This document shows, piece by piece, positions 30,541 through 40,164 of a DNA stretch of 64,000 nucleotides (position 1 is its first letter; every line of letters starts with the position of its first letter). The DNA is from Bdellovibrio sp. GTDB lineage: Bacteria > Bdellovibrionota > Bdellovibrionia > Bdellovibrionales > Bdellovibrionaceae. The stretch covers positions 192,001 to 256,000 of the forward strand of contig JAKFCY010000003.1 of NCBI GenBank assembly GCA_036676395.1. The letters are read 5' to 3'. Below the pieces are notes generated by a model. The model had not been told where the DNA came from. It searched no databases and was given only the letters and a program-made list of their open reading frames with translations. A program made the translations under genes and the position numbers.

Positions 30541-32094
30541 ATGATTAATTGGAACGAATTCGAACATATTCACGTAATTAAAAAGTTAAAACACGTTCTC
30601 CAAGCATGGTGGAATGTAGACACAGTTTTTACTGATGAGCGCGGACAAATCAAAGGCTTAGATGAAAAACTAACTTTTGCTAATCCGGCAGTGAATTATT
30701 TAATTCACAAAGAGCTAACTCAAAATAGCCTGGCTGATTTAGTATCAGCATCTATTAATGACTTACGCCAATCAAACAACCCTTTTGTTTTCAAAAAATG
30801 GGATGCAGCAGGCTTTGATGTTTGTGTATTTCCAATCGTCATCGAAAATGATTTCGTGGGAACAGTTGTTGCTATGGGTTTCTTCAAAGAAGAAAACACA
30901 GCTCACAGAATTTCTGAAATTCGTGAACGTTTAGCAACTTACGGTTGCACCAACGAATTAATCGAAAAATCGTTATCGAAATTTCAATACCTTGACGAAG
31001 CTAACCGCACTCACTTTACTGAGTTAGTTGAATTAGTCGCGCAAGAGATCGTTACATTACATGTAGAGATCGCCAGCCGCGAATCTAAGATCAGCCAGTT
31101 AAACTCTGAGTTAGGTAATCGTTTTAAATACGACAACATGATCGGTAAATCTAAACCGATGCAGTCGTTATATGCTTTACTTGATAAAATTAAATTTGCT
31201 GACTCAACAGTTATGATCCAAGGGGATAACGGTACTGGTAAAGAATTGATTGCAAAATCAATCCATTACAATTCTCACCGTAAAGGTAACAACTTTGTTA
31301 TTCAGAACTGCTCGGCGTTCAATGATAACTTATTAGAATCAGAATTATTCGGTCACGTTAAAGGATCGTTCACAGGGGCTTTAAAAGACAAAAAAGGTCT
31401 TTTTGAAATCGCTGATAAAGGAACTTTCTTCTTGGATGAGATCGGTGATACTTCACCACAAATGCAAGTAAAGCTTCTTCGTGTATTACAAGAAGGAACT
31501 TTTACACCGGTAGGTTCTACTGAAATGAGAAAAGTCGACGTACGTATCGTTGCTGCTACGAACAAAAACTTACGTGAAATGGTTGAACAAGGCACATTCC
31601 GTGAAGATTTATACTACCGTTTAAATGTAATCAATATTCGTGTTCCGCCATTACGTGAGCGTAAAGAAGATATTCCTGTATTAGTGGATTTTTTCTTAGC
31701 TAAAGTTGCAGAGCAATCTGGCAAACCTAAAAAGCAATTAATGGGTCGTGCTGTTGAAAAACTATATGACTATGCTTGGCCTGGTAACGTGCGTGAATTG
31801 CAAAATGAAATCGAAAGATTATGCGTTTTAGCAGGCGACGAAGTTAAAGTAGGTCACGAGATTTTATCTCCGAAAATCTTAGAAATTGGTGAAAAAGCCA
31901 AAGTTCAGGGTTCTCGTTTACAAGGTAAACTAAAAGATGCTTTAGAAGATTTAGAACGCGAAATGATCAAAGAAGGCTTACGCCGCACAGGCTGGAATAA
32001 GTCTAAATTAGCTAAAGAGCTTGGTATTTCACGTGCCGGTCTTATCATGAAAGTTGAAAAATACGGTCTTGATAAGCGTAAACTTGCTCGCTAA
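30541..32094 (+). CDS. Sigma54-dependent activator (PocR/GAF-like sensor, AAA+, Fis-type HTH)
   Basis: GDNGTGKELIA, LESELFGHVKGSFTGA, FLDEIG, FREDLYYRLNV, WPGNVRELQN, C-terminal HTH. ATG 30541 follows GAGGT. Confidence 0.92.
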   Translation: MINWNEFEHIHVIKKLKHVLQAWWNVDTVFTDERGQIKGLDEKLTFANPAVNYLIHKELTQNSLADLVSASINDLRQSNNPFVFKKWDAAGFDVCVFPIVIENDFVGTVVAMGFFKEENTAHRISEIRERLATYGCTNELIEKSLSKFQYLDEANRTHFTELVELVAQEIVTLHVEIASRESKISQLNSELGNRFKYDNMIGKSKPMQSLYALLDKIKFADSTVMIQGDNGTGKELIAKSIHYNSHRKGNNFVIQNCSAFNDNLLESELFGHVKGSFTGALKDKKGLFEIADKGTFFLDEIGDTSPQMQVKLLRVLQEGTFTPVGSTEMRKVDVRIVAATNKNLREMVEQGTFREDLYYRLNVINIRVPPLRERKEDIPVLVDFFLAKVAEQSGKPKKQLMGRAVEKLYDYAWPGNVRELQNEIERLCVLAGDEVKVGHEILSPKILEIGEKAKVQGSRLQGKLKDALEDLEREMIKEGLRRTGWNKSKLAKELGISRAGLIMKVEKYGLDKRKLAR

Positions 32095-32121
32095 TACTCA
32101 TACACATTAAGAAAAAAATTC

Positions 32122-32153
32122 AACCTGAGGCTTAAAAACCTCAGGTTTTTTTT
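32122..32153 (+). terminator. Rho-independent terminator
   Basis: aacctgagg-cttaaaaa-cctcaggtt followed by a T run. Confidence 0.85.
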
Positions 32154-32363
32154 CGTCTAAAACATTGCCACATCTTTTTTTCACTGCCCTATTCTCTTCT
32201 GAAAACAGGCATTTACCCCTAGTACATAGGCTCTATAATAACTAATTCGACAGCATGCCAAGCGGAACAAATTTCGGCACAACTCTTGTATTAATTCTTT
32301 GCAAGAGCGCTTTGAAAAAAGCCGGGGATAACTATTAAGCGGGGACGCCAAGTCCGTGGGGAT

Positions 32364-33215
32364 ATGTGTATGATGAAGGACGTTGTTGAAAATGCAGTTT
32401 GGACTAAAACACAAGCTTTGATCCAAGATAAGTATGGAAAAAAGATTGCGTTTAAAACTATAGATTTAACCAATTCAGCAATGCCTTCATTTTTAGAGGG
32501 TGATGATCTGATCGTGCCGTTAAATTCTAAAGCTATCTATTTAGGAGAAGTGATTGTTAACCGCGGTTCATTATTGTCAACTCAACAACGCGAAGAGATC
32601 GTTGATCTTATTAAATTCTTAGTTGAGCCGCACGTTTATAATAAACATTTAAAACTTAAAGAAGAAATCGAAGCTTATAAACGCCAAGCCGCGATGGAAG
32701 CTGTAAATCATGATGATACAGAAGAGACAAATGTATTTTCATTATTTAATAAAGAAGAAGACGAAACTTCATTAGTTAAACTTATTAATTCAGTTATTCA
32801 TTTACGTTCTACTTCTGGTTTAATTCGCAAAAAAGTAGCTTTAAAAATTCACGATATGGCTGAACAGAACTTATTCGTGGCTTTTAGTGAAATTGCCCGT
32901 CAAATGCATTCGGTTGAAGAATTCAAAACCTTTGATAAAACGACATTTTTTGTTGAAGACATCACACAATTAAATACCCAAGAGCTTGCACTTCTTGATG
33001 CAGCTTGTGCATTAAAATTAGAAGGTCTAGTTTTTATTATCGGAAGCGCAATGAGCGATAAACAAATCGACGCTTTACAAGTTTCAAAAGAACTTAGAGC
33101 AGACATGAATGCGATTTTATTTGATATTGATCGTCTGCCGTTTGCCCAACAAACTAGTACCGACGTTTTAGAACTACTGTTCTTTTCAACAAGCAATATG
33201 AGCACACAAAATTAA
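32364..33215 (+). CDS. Hypothetical protein resembling a degenerate sigma54-activator (GAF-like plus dead AAA+)
   Basis: FKTFDKTTFFVEDITQL aligns by eye with FEIADKGTFFLDEIGDT of the upstream activator; Walker A and GAFTGA loop absent. Confidence 0.55.
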   Translation: MCMMKDVVENAVWTKTQALIQDKYGKKIAFKTIDLTNSAMPSFLEGDDLIVPLNSKAIYLGEVIVNRGSLLSTQQREEIVDLIKFLVEPHVYNKHLKLKEEIEAYKRQAAMEAVNHDDTEETNVFSLFNKEEDETSLVKLINSVIHLRSTSGLIRKKVALKIHDMAEQNLFVAFSEIARQMHSVEEFKTFDKTTFFVEDITQLNTQELALLDAACALKLEGLVFIIGSAMSDKQIDALQVSKELRADMNAILFDIDRLPFAQQTSTDVLELLFFSTSNMSTQN

Positions 33216-33251
33216 TTTGCTCGCTCGTGCGGATCATGCCAGCATTAAGGA

Positions 33252-34262
33252 ATGACCGCACAAATCGATCAGTTTTTACAAGACTATTTTACAAATTCCC
33301 TCTACAAAGTTCAGCAACTTGCGGGCGATGCTTCAGCCCGTAAATATTTTCGCGTCATTTACGAACAAGACACTTACGTCTTAATGTCGTGGGAGCCGTT
33401 CGATCCAGACAAATACCCCTTTATCAGCGTATTACGCCATTTTGAATCCTGCGGCGTAAATGTTCCTAAAATCAAAAAAATTGGCGCAGAACTGGGTTTG
33501 CTTTTATTAGAAGACTTAGGTGATCTGACTTTAGAAAGAAAGTTTTGGGAGTCAGCCAATCAAGAATACTCTTGGGATTACTACAAAAAATCTTTAGATG
33601 AAATTATTAAAATTCACACAACAGCGACACTTTCTCCAAAGCCGACAATTGCAAAAGAGATCATGTTTGATACCGCAAAATTTTTGTGGGAATTAAATTA
33701 TGCCCGCGAACATTTGATCGAAGGTGTTTTAAAATTTCAGCTGAAAGATAAAGTAGCTGCTGATCTGCAAAAAGCTTTTACGGATATCGCCGAACGCTTG
33801 CACAACGAACCCAAAGTGATTTGTCATCGTGATTACCATTCTCGTAATCTAATGATAAAGCTTGATGAAGTTTATGTGATTGATTTTCAAGATGCGCGCT
33901 TAGGCCCAATTCAGTATGACTTAGTCAGTTTATTAAAAGACTCTTATGTTGATATCAATGATGATTACGCAGATAAAATGTTAAATTATTACTTTGATAA
34001 CACCCCGTTTATACAAGACCGTAAGCTTTCAAAAGAACAGTTTAACGTAATTTATGAGTTACAAAGTGTACAACGCTGTTTTAAAGCCTGCGGTAGCTTT
34101 GCTAGCTTTATGAATACGCGCAATGACCGTCGTTACGCAAAATATTTAAATGGTACGTTAAAACGTGTAATGCGCTCTTTAACTCACTTTCCTGAATACA
34201 AAATTCTACTTGATGTTTTAATTGATGCCGGAGCCTTTGATAAAAATTATGAGCGACTCTAA
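33252..34262 (+). CDS. amgK: Anomeric MurNAc/GlcNAc kinase AmgK (APH-family phosphotransferase)
   Basis: LAGDASARKYFR, LLEDLGD, HRDYHSRNLM, IDFQDARLGP..YDLVSLLKD; paired with a nucleotidyltransferase. Confidence 0.8.
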   Translation: MTAQIDQFLQDYFTNSLYKVQQLAGDASARKYFRVIYEQDTYVLMSWEPFDPDKYPFISVLRHFESCGVNVPKIKKIGAELGLLLLEDLGDLTLERKFWESANQEYSWDYYKKSLDEIIKIHTTATLSPKPTIAKEIMFDTAKFLWELNYAREHLIEGVLKFQLKDKVAADLQKAFTDIAERLHNEPKVICHRDYHSRNLMIKLDEVYVIDFQDARLGPIQYDLVSLLKDSYVDINDDYADKMLNYYFDNTPFIQDRKLSKEQFNVIYELQSVQRCFKACGSFASFMNTRNDRRYAKYLNGTLKRVMRSLTHFPEYKILLDVLIDAGAFDKNYERL

Positions 34263-35061
34263 AGTTAACGTTTTATTATTTGCAGCTGGCCTTGGGGCAC
34301 GCCTTCGCCCAGCTACCTTAGAAAACCCAAAACCGGTGATTCCTTTATTTGGTATTCCGATGGGGTATTATTTATTACCGTACATCATTGAACTGCCTGT
34401 GGATAAGTTTGTGGTTAATACCTTTTACTTGCCTGAAAAAATTCATGAATGTTACGATCGTTTACGTCATTCAATTAAATTTTCAGATGAAACAGCTTTT
34501 ATCAAAGGCAGCGGTGGCGGCTTAAAACAAGCCGAAAGTATTTTAGGAAATCAAAATCCGATTTTAGCCGGTAATGCTGATGAAGTTTTTTTTACGCCGG
34601 ATTCTCAGTTTTTAAAAAAAGCTTTAGACAAACATATAACTGAAAAAGCATTGGCCACTCTTATCGTGATGAACCATCCTGAAGCCGGAAAAAAATTTGG
34701 CGGCATTTGGACAGAATCACATGGTAGCGAAAAAGTTGTCTCGATTGGTAAAGAAGCACCAACACCAAACGCAAGACCATGGCATTTTATCGGTTTACAG
34801 ATTTTATCACCGGAAGTTTTTTCGATGATAGAAACTGATAAAGAATTAAATATTTTTTACGATGTACTTATTCACAAATTACCGACACATAAAGTGCAAA
34901 TCTTTCCAGTTGAAATGGATTGGTATGAATTAGGTAATTTAACAGATTACCTACACGCCAAAGCTGAAATTGCCGCGCAAAAAGATTCGAATCCTGCCTA
35001 TAAAAAGCATTTCACAAAATTGAATGCTTTGCCGCAATCAAAGCTCGGTGATTTGGCCTAG
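34249..35061 (+). CDS. murU: Sugar-phosphate nucleotidyltransferase, probably MurU
   Basis: AAGLGARLRPATLENPKP, VVNTFY, GSGGGL; directly downstream of amgK. Confidence 0.7.
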   Translation: MSDSKVNVLLFAAGLGARLRPATLENPKPVIPLFGIPMGYYLLPYIIELPVDKFVVNTFYLPEKIHECYDRLRHSIKFSDETAFIKGSGGGLKQAESILGNQNPILAGNADEVFFTPDSQFLKKALDKHITEKALATLIVMNHPEAGKKFGGIWTESHGSEKVVSIGKEAPTPNARPWHFIGLQILSPEVFSMIETDKELNIFYDVLIHKLPTHKVQIFPVEMDWYELGNLTDYLHAKAEIAAQKDSNPAYKKHFTKLNALPQSKLGDLA

Positions 35062-36135
35062 AACAACTTTTTTCTTAGCCGATGTAGCTTTCGGTAAATT
35101 TGCAGGAATCTTCCATACACAACAAGCTGCAAGCAAAGCAAAGGCAGCACCTTCGATACTTTGGGTTGGCCAGCCGTGGTCTTCGACCGTACTGACTTTA
35201 ATACTTTCTAGCTCTTCATCGATACGTTTAATTAAAAATTTATTTTTAGCGCCGCCGCCACAGAATATAATTTCGTGAGGCTGCGGACGACAAAACTGAA
35301 TGTATGATTTTGCAATTGATTGTACGGTAAATTCAGTTAAAGTTGCTACGCGATCTTCTAATGATAACTGCGCTAAAGATTTTTCAAACTTCGAATAAAA
35401 TTCTTTACCAAATTGCTCACGACCACAGCTCTTTGGTGGCTTCATCGTAAAATAAGGGTGATTCAGCATTTCAACTAAAAGCTGAACATTTACTTTACCG
35501 CGCGCTGCAAGCTTTCCTTCTTTATCGTACAATTGTGAAGAATGTGTCGACCGACGAACTTCTTCATCAATCAACATATTAGCAGGGCCCGTATCAAAAC
35601 CTAATTTTAATTCACCTTTTACAATCAAACTTAAATTGCTGATGCCACCTAAGTTATGCAGGCTTACGGTTCTTTTTTTATCGCCAAAAACTGTTTGATG
35701 AAAAAATGGAGCCAGTGGAGCACCTTCGCCGCCAGCAGCAATATCAGCTGAACGAAAATTTGAAACTACTTTTTTACCTGATGCTAAAGCTAAATAACTT
35801 GGCTCACCAATTTGCGAAGTGGCCACTTTACCTTGATGAAACACCGTCTGCCCATGTAAGCCGATAAGATCGATCATCTTTAGGGCTTTAGGCAATTGCT
35901 TGAAGCAATCAGCGTAGAAGCGCCCAAGCTCGTGATTTAGCAGCGATAGCTCTGCCACATTCATTTCATTCTGGGCAGCACGCAAAAGTTTTTTCTTTAA
36001 CATCGCCGGAAAGGTAAATGATTCCATTCCCAGATAGTCACATTGTAATCGTGTTTTATTAATTTTGATTTTTACGAAATCAACACCATCAAGGCTTGTG
36101 CCGCTCATGATGCCTAAAACTTTTAAGGTCGCCAT
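35038..36135 (-). CDS. anmK: Anhydro-N-acetylmuramic acid kinase
   Basis: GIMSGTSLDGVD, HGQTVFH, GGEGAPLAP, FDTGPANMLID, PKSCGREQF, CGGGAKN, EGAAFA. Confidence 0.93.
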   Translation of the reverse strand: MATLKVLGIMSGTSLDGVDFVKIKINKTRLQCDYLGMESFTFPAMLKKKLLRAAQNEMNVAELSLLNHELGRFYADCFKQLPKALKMIDLIGLHGQTVFHQGKVATSQIGEPSYLALASGKKVVSNFRSADIAAGGEGAPLAPFFHQTVFGDKKRTVSLHNLGGISNLSLIVKGELKLGFDTGPANMLIDEEVRRSTHSSQLYDKEGKLAARGKVNVQLLVEMLNHPYFTMKPPKSCGREQFGKEFYSKFEKSLAQLSLEDRVATLTEFTVQSIAKSYIQFCRPQPHEIIFCGGGAKNKFLIKRIDEELESIKVSTVEDHGWPTQSIEGAAFALLAACCVWKIPANLPKATSAKKKVVLGQITEL

Positions 36136-36195
36136 AACATAATTATGACGACCTTAAACATATTTGACAAAATAATTTCTAGAATCTAGATCGGA

Positions 36196-37665
36196 CTATT
36201 TTACTTCGTGCGCGATAAACGAGTCCTGCTCGTTTTTAAGTTTGTAACGACGATTCATCATTAAGAAGATATCATCACCGGCTACACCGATTAATTCGCC
36301 ATTAAATTCTTTAGCTAGACCTTCTGACGATGGCGCACGATCTTGATCAAACTTTTTACCGTCACCTTTAGCTGCTCCTAAATCATCAGTATATTTTTTA
36401 TCTGAATTTGGACCATTGTTAACATCAACAACTGTTGTTGTGCCATCCGCACCACCGAAAGATCCGCCAAGATTATCTTTATATTCTTTTTTCGCGGTTT
36501 TTGAATCAGTACCAAGCCCAGCTAATCCACCAGAACTTTGTGATAATGAATCCATCACACCTTTAGCTGCACCCGCTGGAAGACCGGCTGCAATCAACGA
36601 GTTCACGTCTTTAAAGTCGCCATCTTTATAAATTTTTCCGTTTTTTAATTTTACACTACCATCTGCTAAAGTCGTAAATGGATCAGCAATAGTTTTACCC
36701 GATGCAAAACCACTTGTTTTTAAAGCATCTTTCACTGCCGGTGGAGCTGCGCCAATACCAGGTTGCTGCTTACACTCTTCTGAACCTTCAGGTAAACATT
36801 TACCAGTCACTGGGTCATAAGAAATTGTCGTCGTGGGCTGGTTTGCACCATTTGACGTTGAAGCACAATTCGAAGGTTGCGATGATAATTGATTAAGCGA
36901 CTGACAGGCATTTGCCGCCGACTGAGCATGCTCACCCGATTGTTTTTTGGCTTTTGAGTTTAGTAAAAACATCGCTGCAGCTGTTGCAAAAAATGCTGGA
37001 GCAGCAGCACAACATCCGTACGGGCATGAAGAAGCACACGCTGTACCTTTAATTGTTGCGGCTATACCTAACCCCATAGTAATTGCTGCTGTCACATCGA
37101 AGCTCTTTTTGCCTTTGTCATTTTTTTCTTTGATTTCAGCTAAAGTTGCCGTCGCTGTTTTATTTTTTTGATCTTCGATAGCTTTTAATTCAGCTGCATT
37201 CTGAGCTGTACCCTGCGCCGAATTAGCTTGGTTATAAACAGATAAATCTTTTTGATATTGGGCATTGGCCGCGTTGTAAGAACTTTGGCACGATTGAAAT
37301 GCTGATGAATGCGGATCAAGACTTCCACAACTGTACGTCGGAGCTTTTGGTGCCACTAATTGCGTACCATCGCCCGTACTAGAACGAGCAGCTTGCGCTT
37401 GCACACCGGCCATTTGGTTTCGAACATTCGCACGTCTATTATTTTCCGCAACACAGGCTGGATCATCAACTAACGGGCGATCGCCACCCATGTTGTCATT
37501 CCAGTAAGGTGAAGGAACTTTTTTACAAACTAACGGCTGAAGTTCAGCTGCCGAATTTGCTTCGTTATTGGTCTGTTGACCAAAGTTTTCGCCAGCAAAG
37601 GCAAATTGCGATTGAAAGAAAAGGGCCGCTAAAATAATTTTTGCTAAGCTTGAATTTCGTTTCAT
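36196..37665 (-). CDS. Secreted Cys-rich protein with hydrophobic helical hairpin and Gly-rich tail
   Basis: Signal peptide ending AFA; VTAAITMGLGIAATIKGTACASSCPYGCCAAAPAFFATAAAMFLL; C-terminal IGVAGDDIFLMMNRRY. Confidence 0.75.
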   Translation of the reverse strand: MKRNSSLAKIILAALFFQSQFAFAGENFGQQTNNEANSAAELQPLVCKKVPSPYWNDNMGGDRPLVDDPACVAENNRRANVRNQMAGVQAQAARSSTGDGTQLVAPKAPTYSCGSLDPHSSAFQSCQSSYNAANAQYQKDLSVYNQANSAQGTAQNAAELKAIEDQKNKTATATLAEIKEKNDKGKKSFDVTAAITMGLGIAATIKGTACASSCPYGCCAAAPAFFATAAAMFLLNSKAKKQSGEHAQSAANACQSLNQLSSQPSNCASTSNGANQPTTTISYDPVTGKCLPEGSEECKQQPGIGAAPPAVKDALKTSGFASGKTIADPFTTLADGSVKLKNGKIYKDGDFKDVNSLIAAGLPAGAAKGVMDSLSQSSGGLAGLGTDSKTAKKEYKDNLGGSFGGADGTTTVVDVNNGPNSDKKYTDDLGAAKGDGKKFDQDRAPSSEGLAKEFNGELIGVAGDDIFLMMNRRYKLKNEQDSFIAHEVK

Positions 37666-37682
37666 GTATCCCCCGATACCTA

Positions 37683-40037
37683 TTATTGCTCGAAGCTAGC
37701 AGCATTTTGCTGATAGCGACTTCTAATTTTATCAAAGTTTGATTTACCAGATGCCGTAGAAATTTCAGCGCGCACTTGATCCGACGCTAACTTACGCTTA
37801 ATGGCCTGGTCTTGTTCATATTTACGAATTGTTGCTTTTGCAGCGTGATCTGGTTTTTTACCACCACTCAGCATATTGCCAAGGCTTGAGAAAAATCCAA
37901 ATTTTGGTTTTTCGTCTTCTTTTAGTTTACCTTTTTTTGCAGCTTCAGCATTTGAACCTGTAGCCATACCCGCTGCAGCACCGCCACCGGCAGAATCAGC
38001 AACAGCGCTACCCATTCCTAAAGCTTCGCGAGCCGCTTCACTTAAGTTAGCTCCTGGAGGAAGCTCTTCACCCGTAGTTGGATCTTTACTCATAGAGTTA
38101 AGCGAACCTAATCCATTTTGACCAGCACTTGCAAAAGCAGAAGCTCCGCCGTTATTACCAATTTTACCAATGTTAACACCTGATTTAGCTAACGAACCCA
38201 TGCAGCCATCTGCATTTGGATCAGTAGTACATTTACAAGTAATGCTCGCTGCATTGTTTGGCATACTACAGTATTCAGCTGTCGTCATATTCGGACCAGC
38301 TAATCCCGAAGTTGATTTTCCCGCTCCGCCATCACCACCAGCAGCAAGTTGTTTTTTACATGCTTGCGCATCCTGGAAGGCCGATAAAAATCCAAGGGCT
38401 GAAAGACCCATTATAGCAATATCTGCTTTATGTTTTATACATTGAGCAATCGCCGTCGGAACTGATTTATCTGGATTTAATTCTTGGCTAAGAAGCTTTT
38501 CAAGCTCAGAAAGATCTCTATCAACGTTTTGACCAGTCAATTTTGCCGGTTCAATTTTGCTGGCGCCACACTTTAATGCCGCAGCTACGCTTGTTTTCAT
38601 AGATTCAACTTTTTTCTTAGCTCCTGCACAACTGAAATCACAACGATATTTCATTGCTGTACAAGAACCTTGAGCTAATAACATACCACCCTGAGCAACT
38701 TTACTTAAATCAGAAGTTGTACCGCAAGCGTCAGAGGCAGCAGTTATTTTTGATAATACAGTGGCCCCCACTGACATTAATTTTTGTACGTTTTGTGCTT
38801 TTTCACTTCTAACCATTGAACACAGTTTTTCAGCTTGTGCTGAGGTGTTAGAGCACGATTCTTTGTTTGTTTTTAATTCAGGTGCATCTTTTTCAACTTG
38901 TGCAAAATTGGTATCAATACAAGAAATAACTTGTTGTGGTGTTCCGGCAGTACACTCGCCTTCCATTTTTGTATTGTCTGTCGTCGTTCCGTAATTCTTA
39001 GCTCTTGTAGCTTCATTTTTTGTACAATCTGCTACGGCATCTGGGCCAATCTGTTTAATAGCTGCATTAAGCCTAGTTCTAAAAGTTTGAAGTTTTGTCA
39101 TTAGCGCTTCGTCTTCAGCTTTTGATTTTGCATGACGAGCTTCGTATTCAGGATCTATTTCTTCAGGTTTTGCAGGTTTATCTGCTTCCTCAGCAGCAGC
39201 TCCCGCTTCAGGATTCTTAGCAGCCAGCTGTTTTTTAGCTTGATCAATTTTAGGTTGTTCACCAGCTTTTATAGTCTCTGCATCGCCTGGTTGTCCATTA
39301 CCTGTAGTATCTAGTTTCTGTTCGGCAGGGGCTTTTCCATCGCCAGCAACTACAGGAGTATCAGTAGTTACAGGGGTTTTCGCAGGACCCCAATCGTCCT
39401 TGCTACTACTATTATTTCCACTAGAATTTGCAGCGGTTTTTAGATCAGGACTCGTAGTCGAAGCTGTTGCTGATTCTGAACTTTCTTTAGTGGCTTTTTC
39501 TTGCGCTGCTTTTTCTTCAGCTTCTGCTTTAGTTTTATTTCGTTTAAAATCTCTTGAGCTAATATCATTAAAAAGTTTTAAGCCTTGCGACGCCTGCTTT
39601 AATGCTTGGCCTGCCCCACCACTACCACCACCACCGCCAGCAGCTTTTTTTGCTTCTGCTTGTCTTGCTGCTTCTGCTGTTGCTTGCTGTTGTTTTACTG
39701 CAGCTTGATCAGCTTTAAATGCAGTGTTTTCACAAAGTGCATTTACTTGGGTATCAACCGCAGTTTTTACTGAAGCTTCACTACACCCAGATTTGACTCC
39801 GCTAATGTATGAGCCCTCGGGTTGAACCGTTCGAATTAAACATTTAGGTTCAATTTCAGAAAGGATACGAGTTTTAGTCATATCGTCAACGGAACACTTC
39901 GGCGAAGCTCCCACATGAAGCTTTTTAAAATACGCCACTAATACTTGGTCTACCCCGCCTGCAGCTTTCGCTGTAGGTGATAACATTAGTAATACACCAA
40001 GCGCGATACTCTTTATAAGAATATGATTTTTAGTCAC
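37683..40037 (-). CDS. Secreted Cys-rich helical protein with low-complexity linkers
   Basis: GTG start after GGGGGA; signal peptide ending AKA; many spaced Cys; hydrophobic IAIMGLSALGFLSAF; C-terminal ISTASGKSNFDKIRSRY. Confidence 0.75.
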   Translation of the reverse strand: MTKNHILIKSIALGVLLMLSPTAKAAGGVDQVLVAYFKKLHVGASPKCSVDDMTKTRILSEIEPKCLIRTVQPEGSYISGVKSGCSEASVKTAVDTQVNALCENTAFKADQAAVKQQQATAEAARQAEAKKAAGGGGGSGGAGQALKQASQGLKLFNDISSRDFKRNKTKAEAEEKAAQEKATKESSESATASTTSPDLKTAANSSGNNSSSKDDWGPAKTPVTTDTPVVAGDGKAPAEQKLDTTGNGQPGDAETIKAGEQPKIDQAKKQLAAKNPEAGAAAEEADKPAKPEEIDPEYEARHAKSKAEDEALMTKLQTFRTRLNAAIKQIGPDAVADCTKNEATRAKNYGTTTDNTKMEGECTAGTPQQVISCIDTNFAQVEKDAPELKTNKESCSNTSAQAEKLCSMVRSEKAQNVQKLMSVGATVLSKITAASDACGTTSDLSKVAQGGMLLAQGSCTAMKYRCDFSCAGAKKKVESMKTSVAAALKCGASKIEPAKLTGQNVDRDLSELEKLLSQELNPDKSVPTAIAQCIKHKADIAIMGLSALGFLSAFQDAQACKKQLAAGGDGGAGKSTSGLAGPNMTTAEYCSMPNNAASITCKCTTDPNADGCMGSLAKSGVNIGKIGNNGGASAFASAGQNGLGSLNSMSKDPTTGEELPPGANLSEAAREALGMGSAVADSAGGGAAAGMATGSNAEAAKKGKLKEDEKPKFGFFSSLGNMLSGGKKPDHAAKATIRKYEQDQAIKRKLASDQVRAEISTASGKSNFDKIRSRYQQNAASFEQ

Positions 40038-40059
40038 AGTTCCCCCTGACTGATCTTAA

Positions 40060-40086
40060 TATCGGTACAAAAGTCTAGAAACTTGA
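40060..40086 (-). promoter_or_regulatory. Sigma28 (FliA)-like promoter
   Basis: Minus strand TCAAG-N16-CCGATA, ending 22 nt before the GTG at 40037. Confidence 0.65.
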
Positions 40087-40164
40087 ATTTGTTGTGAACA
40101 GTTTTCAAACCTTAATCGTGGCAGACTTGAGTGTCTTATTTTGAGAAAATTTAAAAAATAACTT

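Noticed and set aside
35038..35061. Convergent overlaps (murU/anmK; also 53963-53982) as antisense regulation
   Set aside because: Short tail-to-tail overlaps are ordinary in compact genomes, and there is no other evidence.
39620..39700. Low-complexity ccaccacc/gcttctgct runs as DNA repeats
   Set aside because: They encode Gly- and Ala/Gln-rich linkers within a CDS.
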